Shown: positions 25,783 through 34,907 of the stretch, in pieces
How the letters are laid out: every line of letters starts with the position of its first letter
How positions within the stretch are numbered: position 1 is the stretch's first letter
The notes under the pieces: model-generated
Databases searched by the model: none
What the model was told of the DNA's origin: nothing
Seen by the model: only the letters and a program-made list of their open reading frames with translations
Virus record (IMG/VR): IMGVR_UViG_3300050503_000206
DNA: 64,000 nucleotides
Source of the DNA: an uncultured virus (IMG/VR IMGVR_UViG_3300050503_000206)
Lineage: Duplodnaviria; Heunggongvirae; Uroviricota; Caudoviricetes
Strand: one strand, 5' to 3'
Program-made: the position numbers and the translations under genes

Positions 25783-27293
25783 CACAGCTGCTCCAATCGA
25801 TGGCGCAACGTCGTCGCGCGCGGACTCGGGTTGCGCTGCTTGACGATCTGCGACAGCGACACGGTCCTGCCGTTGTCGAGCGTGAGGATCGGAAGTGGTT
25901 GCCCTCTTCGGATGGCGGTCACCCGATAGAGATCGCGTTGCCCCGGAGCCCACCACGATGGTGTCCACTTGCTCACCCCGGACTGTGTTGTGATGATCCT
26001 GATCTCGTCTCCGACGCGGACGGGTCGTCCTCCTGCGCGACTTCGCTTCTTCCGAATGGGGTTCTCCCACGGCATGAAGTCGTCGGGGGCATGGCGCTCG
26101 GGCTCGCCGTACTCGTCGTCGGGGCACGGCTCCGGCGGCAAGCCGCTCGTGTCGTAGCCCTGCGCGCACAGTCGCGTGTGCTCGCGCTCGGGCCAGTTCG
26201 GGTCGTACGGCACGTCGCACGCCGCGAACAGGCGCTCGATCTCGGCCTCGAGCCCCGGATAGCCGCACACCGGCACGGCGGTCGACTCGGTCTCGCGCGT
26301 CGCGACGCACGCCCACGACGGCACCTCGTCCGGGTACGCGGCCCACTCGCGGATCTCGCGGACGCGCCTGCGCACGGCTTTGCGATCCTCGTTGGACAGG
26401 CACTTGCGCGCGCGCCGGGCTGCCTTGCCCGCGCTCGCCTTCGGCGGCTTGTCGATCGCCTCGAGCCGGTCCGCCAGCTCGAAGAGCGTCTGGCTGTTCA
26501 GCCACGCCGCGAGCTTGCGGGCCTTCGCCTCGCCGAGCTCGTCGATCGCGAGGCTCACCACTTCATCGGGGCTGTAGACCCCGGACGACAGCGGATACCA
26601 CTCGATGGCGACCGGTGCCGATCGTCCCTGCCGCTTGCCCTCCTCGACCATCGCGCGGAGGATCTCGGCGACGTAGCCGTCGACGAGGCCCCACGGCACG
26701 TCACGCCAGCGCCTCGAGCGGCCCGCCTGCCCGAACAGGTACGTCAGCATCTCGCGCGCGACGCTGACGTGGCCACCACCGGCGCCGCTCAGGATCTCGT
26801 CGCCGCGCGGCGTCTTCGACAAGCGCACGAACCGGTTGCCGCTGCGCACCTCGATCCGATCCATGAAGTCGCGGGTCGGATCGATGAGGTCGACCTCCTC
26901 GAACAGCGGACTGTCGAAGATCGCGGGGTTGTTGCGCATGAACGCGTCGGCGGCGGCCCGGCCCGACGCGAACGTGGTCGTCGCGCCCGCGCGCCCGAGG
27001 TCGAGCTCGGCGTCGCGGTGCATCGGCTTGGTGGCGCGGACGCTGGCCTGCGCCTTGGCGCGAGCTCGAAGCGCCGCGGTCGAGCTCGAATCGACCCCGA
27101 ACGTGTCGCGGCTCGGGTCGAGATCCTCGGGGTCGACGACGACCACCTCGAAGGGAGCGTCCGACCGCGGCCGGACGCGGGCGATCATGCGGCCACTGCG
27201 GCGCGACCCTGGCGCAGCCGTGCGCGTCCGCGCGCCCGTCACGCTGTCCACGTACTCGCGGCGGGCCTGGGGGTTCGCTCGTCGGCCTGTCAC
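25782..27293 (-). CDS. NP-motif hypothetical protein
   Basis: MTGRRANP...WENP...RNPSPRATTLRHRLEQL; promoter motif 6 nt upstream. Confidence 0.7.
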   Translation of the reverse strand: MTGRRANPQARREYVDSVTGARTRTAAPGSRRSGRMIARVRPRSDAPFEVVVVDPEDLDPSRDTFGVDSSSTAALRARAKAQASVRATKPMHRDAELDLGRAGATTTFASGRAAADAFMRNNPAIFDSPLFEEVDLIDPTRDFMDRIEVRSGNRFVRLSKTPRGDEILSGAGGGHVSVAREMLTYLFGQAGRSRRWRDVPWGLVDGYVAEILRAMVEEGKRQGRSAPVAIEWYPLSSGVYSPDEVVSLAIDELGEAKARKLAAWLNSQTLFELADRLEAIDKPPKASAGKAARRARKCLSNEDRKAVRRRVREIREWAAYPDEVPSWACVATRETESTAVPVCGYPGLEAEIERLFAACDVPYDPNWPEREHTRLCAQGYDTSGLPPEPCPDDEYGEPERHAPDDFMPWENPIRKKRSRAGGRPVRVGDEIRIITTQSGVSKWTPSWWAPGQRDLYRVTAIRRGQPLPILTLDNGRTVSLSQIVKQRNPSPRATTLRHRLEQL

Positions 27294-27299
27294 GGGCTG

Positions 27300-27330
27300 A
27301 CCCTACCATCGCTCCGGGCGCTGGTAGGGT
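27300..27330. promoter_or_regulatory. Back-to-back extended -10 promoters (ATGGTAGGGT on -, CTGGTAGGGT on +)
   Basis: 27300-27309 and 27321-27330, each 6 nt before a start codon (27293, 27337). Confidence 0.8.
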
Positions 27331-27336
27331 TTGCCC

Positions 27337-27969
27337 ATGGGCGTCAGCGTCATTCGCGGATCGGCGTGCATCGGCTTCAGCTGTCCCGTCTCACAGGCGT
27401 CGGTCGAGTCGGGCACGGGTGCCGCGGGGCCACCAGGGCCGCCGGGCCCCGCGGCGAACACACCGACGTACGGGCTGCGCTTGGTCGGCACCGTCGCGGG
27501 TACAGGCCGGGGCGCGGTCAGCACGTCGGTGTTGCTCTTCTCGACGGCGCCTGCTGCCGGGGACTTCGCCGTTCCGACGGCCTCCTGGTTGGCCCAGACC
27601 AACGACGCCAACCTCGGCAGCTCGTTTCGCGTGACGGTCGAAGGCACGTACGTCGCCGATCTCGTCGTGCCCTCGCAGAGCGCGGCGCCGGGCGACTCGC
27701 CGGTGATCGGAGTGAGCTTGGATGCGTCGGGTGCGGTCCTCACCTCTGCTCCGATCATGGCGGTCTTCTCATCGATCCAAGCGTCGTCGGCAGAGCAAGA
27801 CGCGTCGTTGCCGAGCACGCTGTTCTGCTCGGCGCCGATCTACGTGCCGCAGGAGGAGATCACGGCCGGGCGTGGCGTGATCCGCTTCCACGTGACGCCG
27901 ACGAGCCCCATCATCGAGGCGCTCGTGTGCATCGTGATCCGACGCATCGCGTCGTGCACGATCCCGTGA
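27337..27969 (+). CDS. Putative virion appendage protein sharing its N-terminal module with the 15422 spike
   Basis: MGVSVIRGSACIGFSCP...GPPGPPGP. Confidence 0.65.
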   Translation: MGVSVIRGSACIGFSCPVSQASVESGTGAAGPPGPPGPAANTPTYGLRLVGTVAGTGRGAVSTSVLLFSTAPAAGDFAVPTASWLAQTNDANLGSSFRVTVEGTYVADLVVPSQSAAPGDSPVIGVSLDASGAVLTSAPIMAVFSSIQASSAEQDASLPSTLFCSAPIYVPQEEITAGRGVIRFHVTPTSPIIEALVCIVIRRIASCTIP

Positions 27970-28485
27970 TCACTGCGTCGGCAGCGACGGTATTCGGCCG
28001 AGCGGATTCGGGGTGCCTTCGGGCATGGCCTTGGCGTGCACGATCATGTTGATCGTGATCGGGAAGGCTGCGGAAGGCAGTGCCTTGATCACGATGACGA
28101 CGGGATGTTCCGGATCGGCGAGCCCCCAATCGAACGGACAGCCGCAGATCTCGTCGGTGTTGAAGAACGCCATGTCGAAGCCTTGGTCACTGACGCGATC
28201 CGTAGTGCCGCGCCATGCTGGATCGTCGAGCGTCTGCTTGATCGAGACGATCTCGGCCTGCTTCGGATCCATGAAGGACTTCGCTCCGAGCAGCATGGAA
28301 CGCGTACGAGGACGGAGTTCGAACGTCTTGGGCTCGGAATCCTCGATGGTGAAGAGTACGGGGATCAGCTCCGTGTTCTGGAACAGGTCGTCGAGCATTG
28401 CCGAGGGACGGAGGTGGATGACGGCCTCGACGGCCAGATCCTTGGCCGCGTCGAAGAACTTGGTGATCTTGTCGAGAAGTGACAT
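27970..28485 (-). CDS. Hypothetical protein
   Basis: MSLLDKITKFF...; TTGGTAGGAT 8 nt upstream. Confidence 0.65.
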   Translation of the reverse strand: MSLLDKITKFFDAAKDLAVEAVIHLRPSAMLDDLFQNTELIPVLFTIEDSEPKTFELRPRTRSMLLGAKSFMDPKQAEIVSIKQTLDDPAWRGTTDRVSDQGFDMAFFNTDEICGCPFDWGLADPEHPVVIVIKALPSAAFPITINMIVHAKAMPEGTPNPLGRIPSLPTQ

Positions 28486-28677
28486 CGCACCGGATCCTAC
28501 CAAGTTCTGCGTACGTCACGCCGGTCGGCGCCCCTGGGCCAAATCGGGCCATTTCGCGCTTCGAATGATCCGCGAGGCTCGCGCGTCAGTCTGCCGGGAC
28601 ACGGGAGCCAACCCCGGCGACCATGGCCTCTTGACCCACCCACATTCGCGCGGCGAGGAGCTGCGCCCGAGGACACG

Positions 28678-29604
28678 ATGACGACACGACACTGCTCGAT
28701 GGCTCTGGCCCTTCTCTCGCTGTGCGCCTGCCACATGGTCACCGAAGGCACCGGTGACGGCGGAGGATCCAGCTCGGAAAGCTCGAGCGGGGAGGACGAC
28801 GACGCCGACGACGAATCGATCACCACGAGCGACACCGCCGACAGCGATCCCGGGAGTTCCAGCGGGGGCGGATCCAGCGACGGGACGACCGAGTCCTCCG
28901 GCGGCGAAGAGGAGTCGTCCACCGGCGCTCCGGTCGAGCCGATCACCCCGTTCGCGCTGCACTTCGACGGCAGCTCGTACGCCCGCAAGTCCGCGCTCGA
29001 TGGCGCGTACGGCTGGACCGAGGCCGAATGGACGGTCGAAGCGTGGATCGAGATCCTCGACGAGACTGCGACCGGCGTGATCTTCGACGCGCAGAACGGT
29101 GGCGCGACTGGTTGGGCGCTGTACATCCAGCCCGACTGGACGTCGCTCGTGTTCTCGTTCTACGACTCGGGCAACGTCAACCAGGTCGTCGAGGGCCCCG
29201 AGGTCGACGACATCGGCATCGGCTGGCACCACGTCGCGGCGACGAAGATGGGCGACACGGTCTACCTGCACGTCGACGGCGTCGCGGTGAAAGCCCAGGA
29301 AGTCTCCGCCGAGCCGGCCTACGGCCCGGTGACTCTGAGCGTGGGCACGGTGTCCACCAACGAGTCGTTCTGGGATCTGCAAGGCGTCAACATCGACGAG
29401 ATCCGCATCACGGACACGGCTCTGTACGATGCGAACTTCGACCCGCCGATCGCGATGGACGCCGACAGCGTAGGCGCGCTCTTCCTGCTCAAGCTCGACG
29501 AGGGCGCGGGCGTCGTCGCCGAGGAGTCGGTCAACGATCCCGGCTTGAACTTCACGATCTTCAATCCGTCGTGGGTCGAGGGCCGTTTCGAAGACGACGT
29601 CTGA
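28678..29604 (+). CDS. Lipoprotein with LamG/concanavalin-like domain
   Basis: Lipobox LSLCAC, Ser/Asp/Gly linker, WTVEAWI, WHHVAA, LHVDG, IDEIRI, LDEGAG. Confidence 0.8.
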   Translation: MTTRHCSMALALLSLCACHMVTEGTGDGGGSSSESSSGEDDDADDESITTSDTADSDPGSSSGGGSSDGTTESSGGEEESSTGAPVEPITPFALHFDGSSYARKSALDGAYGWTEAEWTVEAWIEILDETATGVIFDAQNGGATGWALYIQPDWTSLVFSFYDSGNVNQVVEGPEVDDIGIGWHHVAATKMGDTVYLHVDGVAVKAQEVSAEPAYGPVTLSVGTVSTNESFWDLQGVNIDEIRITDTALYDANFDPPIAMDADSVGALFLLKLDEGAGVVAEESVNDPGLNFTIFNPSWVEGRFEDDV

Positions 29605-29635
29605 CGATCCGCGGTTCCGTGCGATAGTGGGCGCG

Positions 29636-30286
29636 ATGGCGCGCTCCTTCTGGTGGCCTCTGGCCGCGCTCATGACCGCCGCAGCGACGGCGTTGGGCTG
29701 GCGCGCACTTCGGCATCGGCGGATCGCGGCCGCGCGACCACTGGTCGTGTTCTTCCATGGCAAGGGTGGGCGCGATGCGACGTACAAGCCGATCCTCGAC
29801 AGCCTCGGCGTCGACTCCGTGCTTCCTCATGGTGATCCGATCGGCGCCGGCGATCGCCACCAGTGGTGGTCGTTGCCGTCGCAGGCCGAGGATCAGGAGC
29901 AGTACGCGCGTGATGTCGACGCCGCTGCGGACTCCGTGATGCCCCTGCTCGACGACCTGCTCGCGCGCGGACGACCCATCGTTCTCGCCGGCCACAGCCA
30001 GGGTGGGCAGCTCGCGGCGACGCTCGCGATGCGCGGCGTGGCGCCGGCCGTGGTCGCCTCGGGCTGGGTGCCTCCCTCGCTCGTGACGGACTCTCCGTCT
30101 CCGATCGTGTTCGTGCACGGCACCCAGGATCCGTTCGCACCATGGGCGCGCACGCGCTCGCTCGTGCAGGATCTGCAGGACGCAGGGGCCCCTGTCCGCT
30201 TGGTGACGGTGCAGGGGGCCGGCCACACGTTCGAGGGGCCGCTGCTCGACGCGTGGAAGCGCGAGATGCAGCGCGCGACGACATGA
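29636..30286 (+). CDS. Phospholipase/carboxylesterase-family hydrolase with N-terminal membrane anchor
   Basis: FFHGKGG, GHSQGG, HGTQD, GAGH. Confidence 0.85.
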   Translation: MARSFWWPLAALMTAAATALGWRALRHRRIAAARPLVVFFHGKGGRDATYKPILDSLGVDSVLPHGDPIGAGDRHQWWSLPSQAEDQEQYARDVDAAADSVMPLLDDLLARGRPIVLAGHSQGGQLAATLAMRGVAPAVVASGWVPPSLVTDSPSPIVFVHGTQDPFAPWARTRSLVQDLQDAGAPVRLVTVQGAGHTFEGPLLDAWKREMQRATT

Positions 30287-30356
30287 CTTCTGGGGGACCT
30301 CTTCTGGGGAACCTCTTCTGGGGAACCTCTTTTGGGGGACCTCTTCTGGGGGACCT
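30287..30356. repeat. Five tandem 14-bp repeats CTTYTGGGGRACCT
   Basis: Fills the entire gap between two convergent genes. Confidence 0.9.
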
Positions 30357-31350
30357 AGCCTCGGCGCTGCCGACGGACGCGAGTCCGCTGCGCTCGCGTG
30401 CCCCGGTGCTCGCCGAGTCCGCGCGTGCGCGCGCTCATCACCATGGATCCGGCCGTCGCTTCGCCGGCGATGATCCGGTGCACCGCATTGGCAAGCTCCG
30501 CTGGCGAGCGCGTCTGGCAGAGCGCATGGCGGTCACCCGGCTTGCGGTAGCCGATCGCGGGCAAGCACATGGCGGGGTCGCAGTTCTCGACGACGCGAGA
30601 CTCGCATCCGATGGCCGCCGCAAGCACGCTCAGGCCCGAGCCGCAACCGACGAAGCAGGTGGAGTCGGCGATGATCGACTTGGCCTGCCGCAGCGACGTC
30701 GCGCGGGCATCGATGGTGCCCGGCAGCGCGGGCGCGTCGGCATGCGCGAGCGCGACGACGGGCAGCCGCAGCTGGCGCACGAAGGCGGCGTACCAGGCCA
30801 CGGGCAGCGGATCGTGGCTGAAACTCCGGTACTCGAGCGCGACGTAGCGCTCGATGCCATGCGCCCGCAGAAAGGCTCGAGCGCTCTCGACGTCCTCGAC
30901 ACGGATCGGCAGGCAGGGACGCCGCGGCACGGCGAGCTCGCTGATCCCGCCGTTGCGCAGGACGCTGTCGACGATGCTGCCGGCGCCCGAGCCCCATGGA
31001 TGCACGCCGCAGCCGAAGGCTCGCACGACGCCCGGAAGCTCGCGCGCGCGCACGACCCACGCGATCCGGTGATGGGCGTCATGGGGATACGCGGGCAGCC
31101 GGGGCAGAAGCGCATAGGCGTGCGGGCCCAGGGCGCCAGCGTCGAAGCCGGACAGCGTCTCGCCGTACTGCTCGCAGATCGCGAACACGAAGCTGTGCTC
31201 GGGAAGAGCGGATCGCAGATGCCGCACGACAATGGTCGCGTGTAGAATGTCCCCGAACTGCCGATGCATCTCCACGACGACCACCGGGGGCTGCAGTGAT
31301 TCGACTGCGGCAGCGATCGCGTCGTGTCCGGCTTGCAGTGCAGGATCCAC
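30355..31350 (-). CDS. GT9/heptosyltransferase-like glycosyltransferase
   Basis: RQFGDILHAT...SLRQAKSIIADSTCFVGCGSGLSVLAAA; TGATAGGCT 8 nt upstream. Confidence 0.65.
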   Translation of the reverse strand: MDPALQAGHDAIAAAVESLQPPVVVVEMHRQFGDILHATIVVRHLRSALPEHSFVFAICEQYGETLSGFDAGALGPHAYALLPRLPAYPHDAHHRIAWVVRARELPGVVRAFGCGVHPWGSGAGSIVDSVLRNGGISELAVPRRPCLPIRVEDVESARAFLRAHGIERYVALEYRSFSHDPLPVAWYAAFVRQLRLPVVALAHADAPALPGTIDARATSLRQAKSIIADSTCFVGCGSGLSVLAAAIGCESRVVENCDPAMCLPAIGYRKPGDRHALCQTRSPAELANAVHRIIAGEATAGSMVMSARTRGLGEHRGTRAQRTRVRRQRRG

Positions 31351-31355
31351 CGCCC

Positions 31356-32093
31356 ATGAGCCTATCACCGCCGGTGGTCTCGACGTGCCCGTTTTGCAAC
31401 GCGCAGAGCGATGAAGTATTCCGCGCGACGGTGATGTACCGGCACCAGGCGATCTACGCCGAGTGCACCGTCTGTCGCTCGCTGCATGTCGTCGATCCGA
31501 CCTGGCTCGACGAGGCGTACGCCAACCCCGACTTCTCCGACGAGCTCGACTCGGGAGCGCCGTGGCGCAATGCGACCCTCGCGGGCCTGCTCGTGCGGCT
31601 CGGAACCGTCGCACCCGTAGGGCCGTGGCTCGACTACGGGTCAGGGCGCGGGCTGCTCGTCGAGCGTCTTGCCGGCCGCGGATTCCAGATCCAGGGCCAC
31701 GATCCGCACCGTGGCATCGTCGCCTCGATGCGGACCGCGTTCGCGATGATCTCGGCCTTCGAGGTCCTCGAGCACTCGCCCACGCCGCTCACGATGATGC
31801 GGGAGCTCCGGGACATGCTGGAGCCGTCGGGAATCGTCGTGCTCAGCACGTGGCTTCGCGAGCCCGTCCACGGCAGCGGCTGGCGGTACTTGGCGACGGC
31901 CGCGGGTCAGCACGTCTCGTTTCCGAGTCTCCAGGGACTGCAGCGTGTGTTCCACGCCGCCGGGCTGTCGTGGTGGTGCAGCGGTGCGAACCGCGAGCAC
32001 GCCGAGCTGCAGGTGCACCTCGGCGGCACGGGAGAAACCCGCGGCGTCGAGCAGCTCGAGCGCTCGGGATTCACCGTGTTCGCGCGCGCGTAG
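31356..32093 (+). CDS. Class I SAM-dependent methyltransferase with N-terminal zinc ribbon
   Basis: CPFC...CTVC, WLDYGSGRG, FEVLEH, GQHVSF. Confidence 0.8.
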   Translation: MSLSPPVVSTCPFCNAQSDEVFRATVMYRHQAIYAECTVCRSLHVVDPTWLDEAYANPDFSDELDSGAPWRNATLAGLLVRLGTVAPVGPWLDYGSGRGLLVERLAGRGFQIQGHDPHRGIVASMRTAFAMISAFEVLEHSPTPLTMMRELRDMLEPSGIVVLSTWLREPVHGSGWRYLATAAGQHVSFPSLQGLQRVFHAAGLSWWCSGANREHAELQVHLGGTGETRGVEQLERSGFTVFARA

Positions 32094-32097
32094 AACT

Positions 32098-32475
32098 TCA
32101 TGTCTCGCTTCTATACGACGTGCGTCCGCCGACTCCACGCCATGGTTCTGTGTCGAGGACACGGCCGCTACGATCGAACACCTGCCACGGCACTCGGCGT
32201 CGCCCGTGCACCAAGATCGTCCAGACCGGACCCTTGGGCAGTTCGACGCGGTGAGCCTCGCCCGCACGGATGCGATTCCACCATCGTCGTGTGCGCGGTG
32301 CTTCGTCGAGCCGTTCTTCGACGTACGACCCGAAGATGAGGCTGAACCATCCCCACGGGTGGCTGTGAAACGTGTCGGTGTCTTCGCTGTGATGGATCCG
32401 GTGGACGAACAGTCCGAATCCAAACGCCTGCAGCAGGTAGTACCGATCCAGGTTGTCGCGGCGTGAGACCTTCAC
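32098..32475 (-). CDS. Cupin-like protein
   Basis: LFVHRIHHSED...HSHPW...GSYVEE...HRVEL...WTILV. Confidence 0.65.
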   Translation of the reverse strand: MKVSRRDNLDRYYLLQAFGFGLFVHRIHHSEDTDTFHSHPWGWFSLIFGSYVEERLDEAPRTRRWWNRIRAGEAHRVELPKGPVWTILVHGRRRVPWQVFDRSGRVLDTEPWRGVGGRTSYRSET

Positions 32476-32482
32476 GTGTGCC

Positions 32483-32992
32483 TCATGCGGTCAGATCCAG
32501 GAGGGCGACGTGCTGCCCGTCCTCGGGATCGGGGCGGAACTGGTAGCCCATCGAACGGTAGAGACCGATCGCGACCTCGTTGTCTGGATGCACGCGCAGC
32601 CGTACCGCCGTCGCGCCGCGCAGGCGCGCGCAGACGTGCAGGTGCTGCATCATGAGCCGCGCGATGCCGGTGCCTCGGGCCGCGCGGCAGACGGCGATCC
32701 CCAGGCTCGGGATGTCGTAGCCCTCGTCCCACCCGCGCAGGATGCCGTAGGCGAACGCTCGGTCTGTGATGTCGATGGCGAGCACGTAGACGTCGCTGTC
32801 CCACGACATCTCATAGGCATGCTGCCGATCCAACGAGTGGGGACGAAACATCGTCGCACTGTGGTCGTGACTGATCTCGTAGAACAGTTCGGCCGCTTCG
32901 CGACGGTAGTCGTGCAACGACACGATCCGTACCGGCGGCGGTGATCCGTGAGGACCCTTCACGCTGATCTGGACGTCGGGAAGAATGCTCAT
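32483..32992 (-). CDS. GNAT N-acetyltransferase
   Basis: LGIAVCRAARGTGIA...NEVAIGLYRSMGY. Confidence 0.85.
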   Translation of the reverse strand: MSILPDVQISVKGPHGSPPPVRIVSLHDYRREAAELFYEISHDHSATMFRPHSLDRQHAYEMSWDSDVYVLAIDITDRAFAYGILRGWDEGYDIPSLGIAVCRAARGTGIARLMMQHLHVCARLRGATAVRLRVHPDNEVAIGLYRSMGYQFRPDPEDGQHVALLDLTA

Positions 32993-33906
32993 GGGTTGCG
33001 CTCCCGGTACTCGGCGACGGTGCGACGGATCCCCGTGCGCAGGTCGATTTTCGGCGCCCAACCCAGGTCGCGGATGACGCTCGAGTCGAGGAGCTTGCGG
33101 GGCGTGCCGTCGGGCATCGAGTCGTCCCACTCGATGGCCCCTTCGTAGCCCGTGGCGTCGGCGACCATCTCGGCCAAGGCCGCGATCGTGATCTCTTCGC
33201 CGGAGCCGACGTTGATCGGCGCGTCCTCGTCGTAGCGCTCGAGCACGAGCGCCACGGCATCGGCGAGGTCCTCGACGTGCAGGAACTCGCGGAGCACCGA
33301 GCCCGTGCCCCACAGCCGCACCGGTCCGCCCTCGCGTCGAGCTCGCTCGAACTTCATGATGAGCGCGGGCAGGGCGTGGCTGGTCTGCTCGTCGTAGCGA
33401 TCACCGGTGCCGTAGAGGTTGGTGGGCATGACGCTCACGTAGCTGCGGCCGTACTGGCGCCGGTAGTACTGCGCCAAGCGGAGCACCGCGATCTTCGCGA
33501 GGGCGTAGCCCTCGTTGGTCGGCTCGAGCGGTCCGGTGAGCAGGTGCTCGGGCCGCATGGGCTGGGGGCAGTCGCGCGGGTAGATGCACGAGCTGCCGAG
33601 GTTGACGAGCCGCTTCACGCCGGCCTCGTGGGCGGCGGCGAGCACGTTCACCCCCACCATCACGTTGTCGGCGAGGAACTCCACCGGACGCGCCCAGTTC
33701 GCTCCGATGCCGCCGACGAGTCCGGCAGCGTGCACAATGGCGTCGACTGTGTGGAGCTCCAGTCCGAAGATCCGTCGGAACGATGGCATCCGCAGATCCG
33801 GACCGCGGTCGTGTTCCATGAAGGCGGGAACGAACGTGTCGGCGCCGAGTCGACGCACGACCGCCGATCCCACCATGCCGCGGTGACCGGTCACGTAGAT
33901 CTTCAT
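32989..33906 (-). CDS. fcl: GDP-L-fucose synthase
   Basis: GHRGMVG, VGGIGAN, LGSSCIYP, LEPTNEGYALAK, PTNLYG, REFLHVED, DGTPRK. Confidence 0.93.
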   Translation of the reverse strand: MKIYVTGHRGMVGSAVVRRLGADTFVPAFMEHDRGPDLRMPSFRRIFGLELHTVDAIVHAAGLVGGIGANWARPVEFLADNVMVGVNVLAAAHEAGVKRLVNLGSSCIYPRDCPQPMRPEHLLTGPLEPTNEGYALAKIAVLRLAQYYRRQYGRSYVSVMPTNLYGTGDRYDEQTSHALPALIMKFERARREGGPVRLWGTGSVLREFLHVEDLADAVALVLERYDEDAPINVGSGEEITIAALAEMVADATGYEGAIEWDDSMPDGTPRKLLDSSVIRDLGWAPKIDLRTGIRRTVAEYRERNP

Positions 33907-34907
33907 CGGTGATCCCGTGCGCGTTGATCGCGGGCAACACGATCGATGTCGGCGTCGACCATCATGTCAACGATCCGATCGAACTTGGTCTCGGCGCGCC
34001 AACCGAGCATCCTGTGTGCCTTGTCGGCATCCCCGAGGAGCAGGTCGACCTCGGTTGGTCGCTTGAAGCGGTCGTCGACGACGACGTACTTCTTCCAGTC
34101 GAGTCCGACCCGCGCGAAGGCCCGCTCGCACAGCTCGCGCACCGAGTGCGCTTCTCCGGTGGCGAGCACATAGTCGTCGGGCGAGTCGGCCTGCATCATC
34201 ATCCAGATCCCGGTCGCGTACTCGGGGGCCCAGCCCCAATCGCGCCGCGCCTCGAGATTTCCTAGTCGAAGCTGCTGCTGCACGCCGGCCTTGATCCGCG
34301 CTGCCGAGAGCGTCACCTTGCGCGTCACGAAGTGCTGACCGCGACGCGGTGACTCTGTATTGAACAGGATTCCGCTGAGCGCGAACATCCCGTACGCCTC
34401 GCGGTAGTTCCTCGCGACGTAGAACGAGAAGGCCTTTGCCGCTGCATACGGTGACCGCGGGTAGAACGGAGTGGTCTCGCGCTGCGGCGTCTCCTGCACC
34501 TTTCCGAAGAGCTCCGACGAGCCAGCGTTGTAGAACCGGCACTGCGACAGACCGACTGTCCGGATCGCTTCGAGGATCCGCATGGTCCCCGTACCAGTCA
34601 CGTCCGAGGTGTACTCGGGCATGTCGAACGAGACCTTCACGTGACTCTGCGCGCCAAGGTGGTAGACCTCGTGCGGATCCGCGGTCTCGAGCGCATGAAT
34701 CAAACTTCGCGAGTCGCAGAGATCGCCATGCAGCATGGTGATCTGCATGATGGGGTCGATGAGGTGATGGATGTTCTCGGTGCGCGGCGTCGATCCAGGA
34801 CGCACGAGACCGAAGACCTCGTAGCCCTTCGAGATGAGCAAGTCGGCAAGCCAAGAACCCACTTGACCCGTGATTCCAGAAATCAGCGCTCTCTTGCGGT
34901 CGGTCAT
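33903..34907 (-). CDS. gmd: GDP-mannose 4,6-dehydratase
   Basis: GITGQ, AQSHVKVSF, SSELFG, PFYPRSPYAAAK, ESPRRG, FVTRK, GNLEARRDWG. Confidence 0.95.
   Translation of the reverse strand: MTDRKRALISGITGQVGSWLADLLISKGYEVFGLVRPGSTPRTENIHHLIDPIMQITMLHGDLCDSRSLIHALETADPHEVYHLGAQSHVKVSFDMPEYTSDVTGTGTMRILEAIRTVGLSQCRFYNAGSSELFGKVQETPQRETTPFYPRSPYAAAKAFSFYVARNYREAYGMFALSGILFNTESPRRGQHFVTRKVTLSAARIKAGVQQQLRLGNLEARRDWGWAPEYATGIWMMMQADSPDDYVLATGEAHSVRELCERAFARVGLDWKKYVVVDDRFKRPTEVDLLLGDADKAHRMLGWRAETKFDRIVDMMVDADIDRVARDQRARDHR

Noticed and set aside
30287..30356. 14-bp repeat as a mini-CRISPR
   Set aside because: The units are directly adjacent with no spacers.
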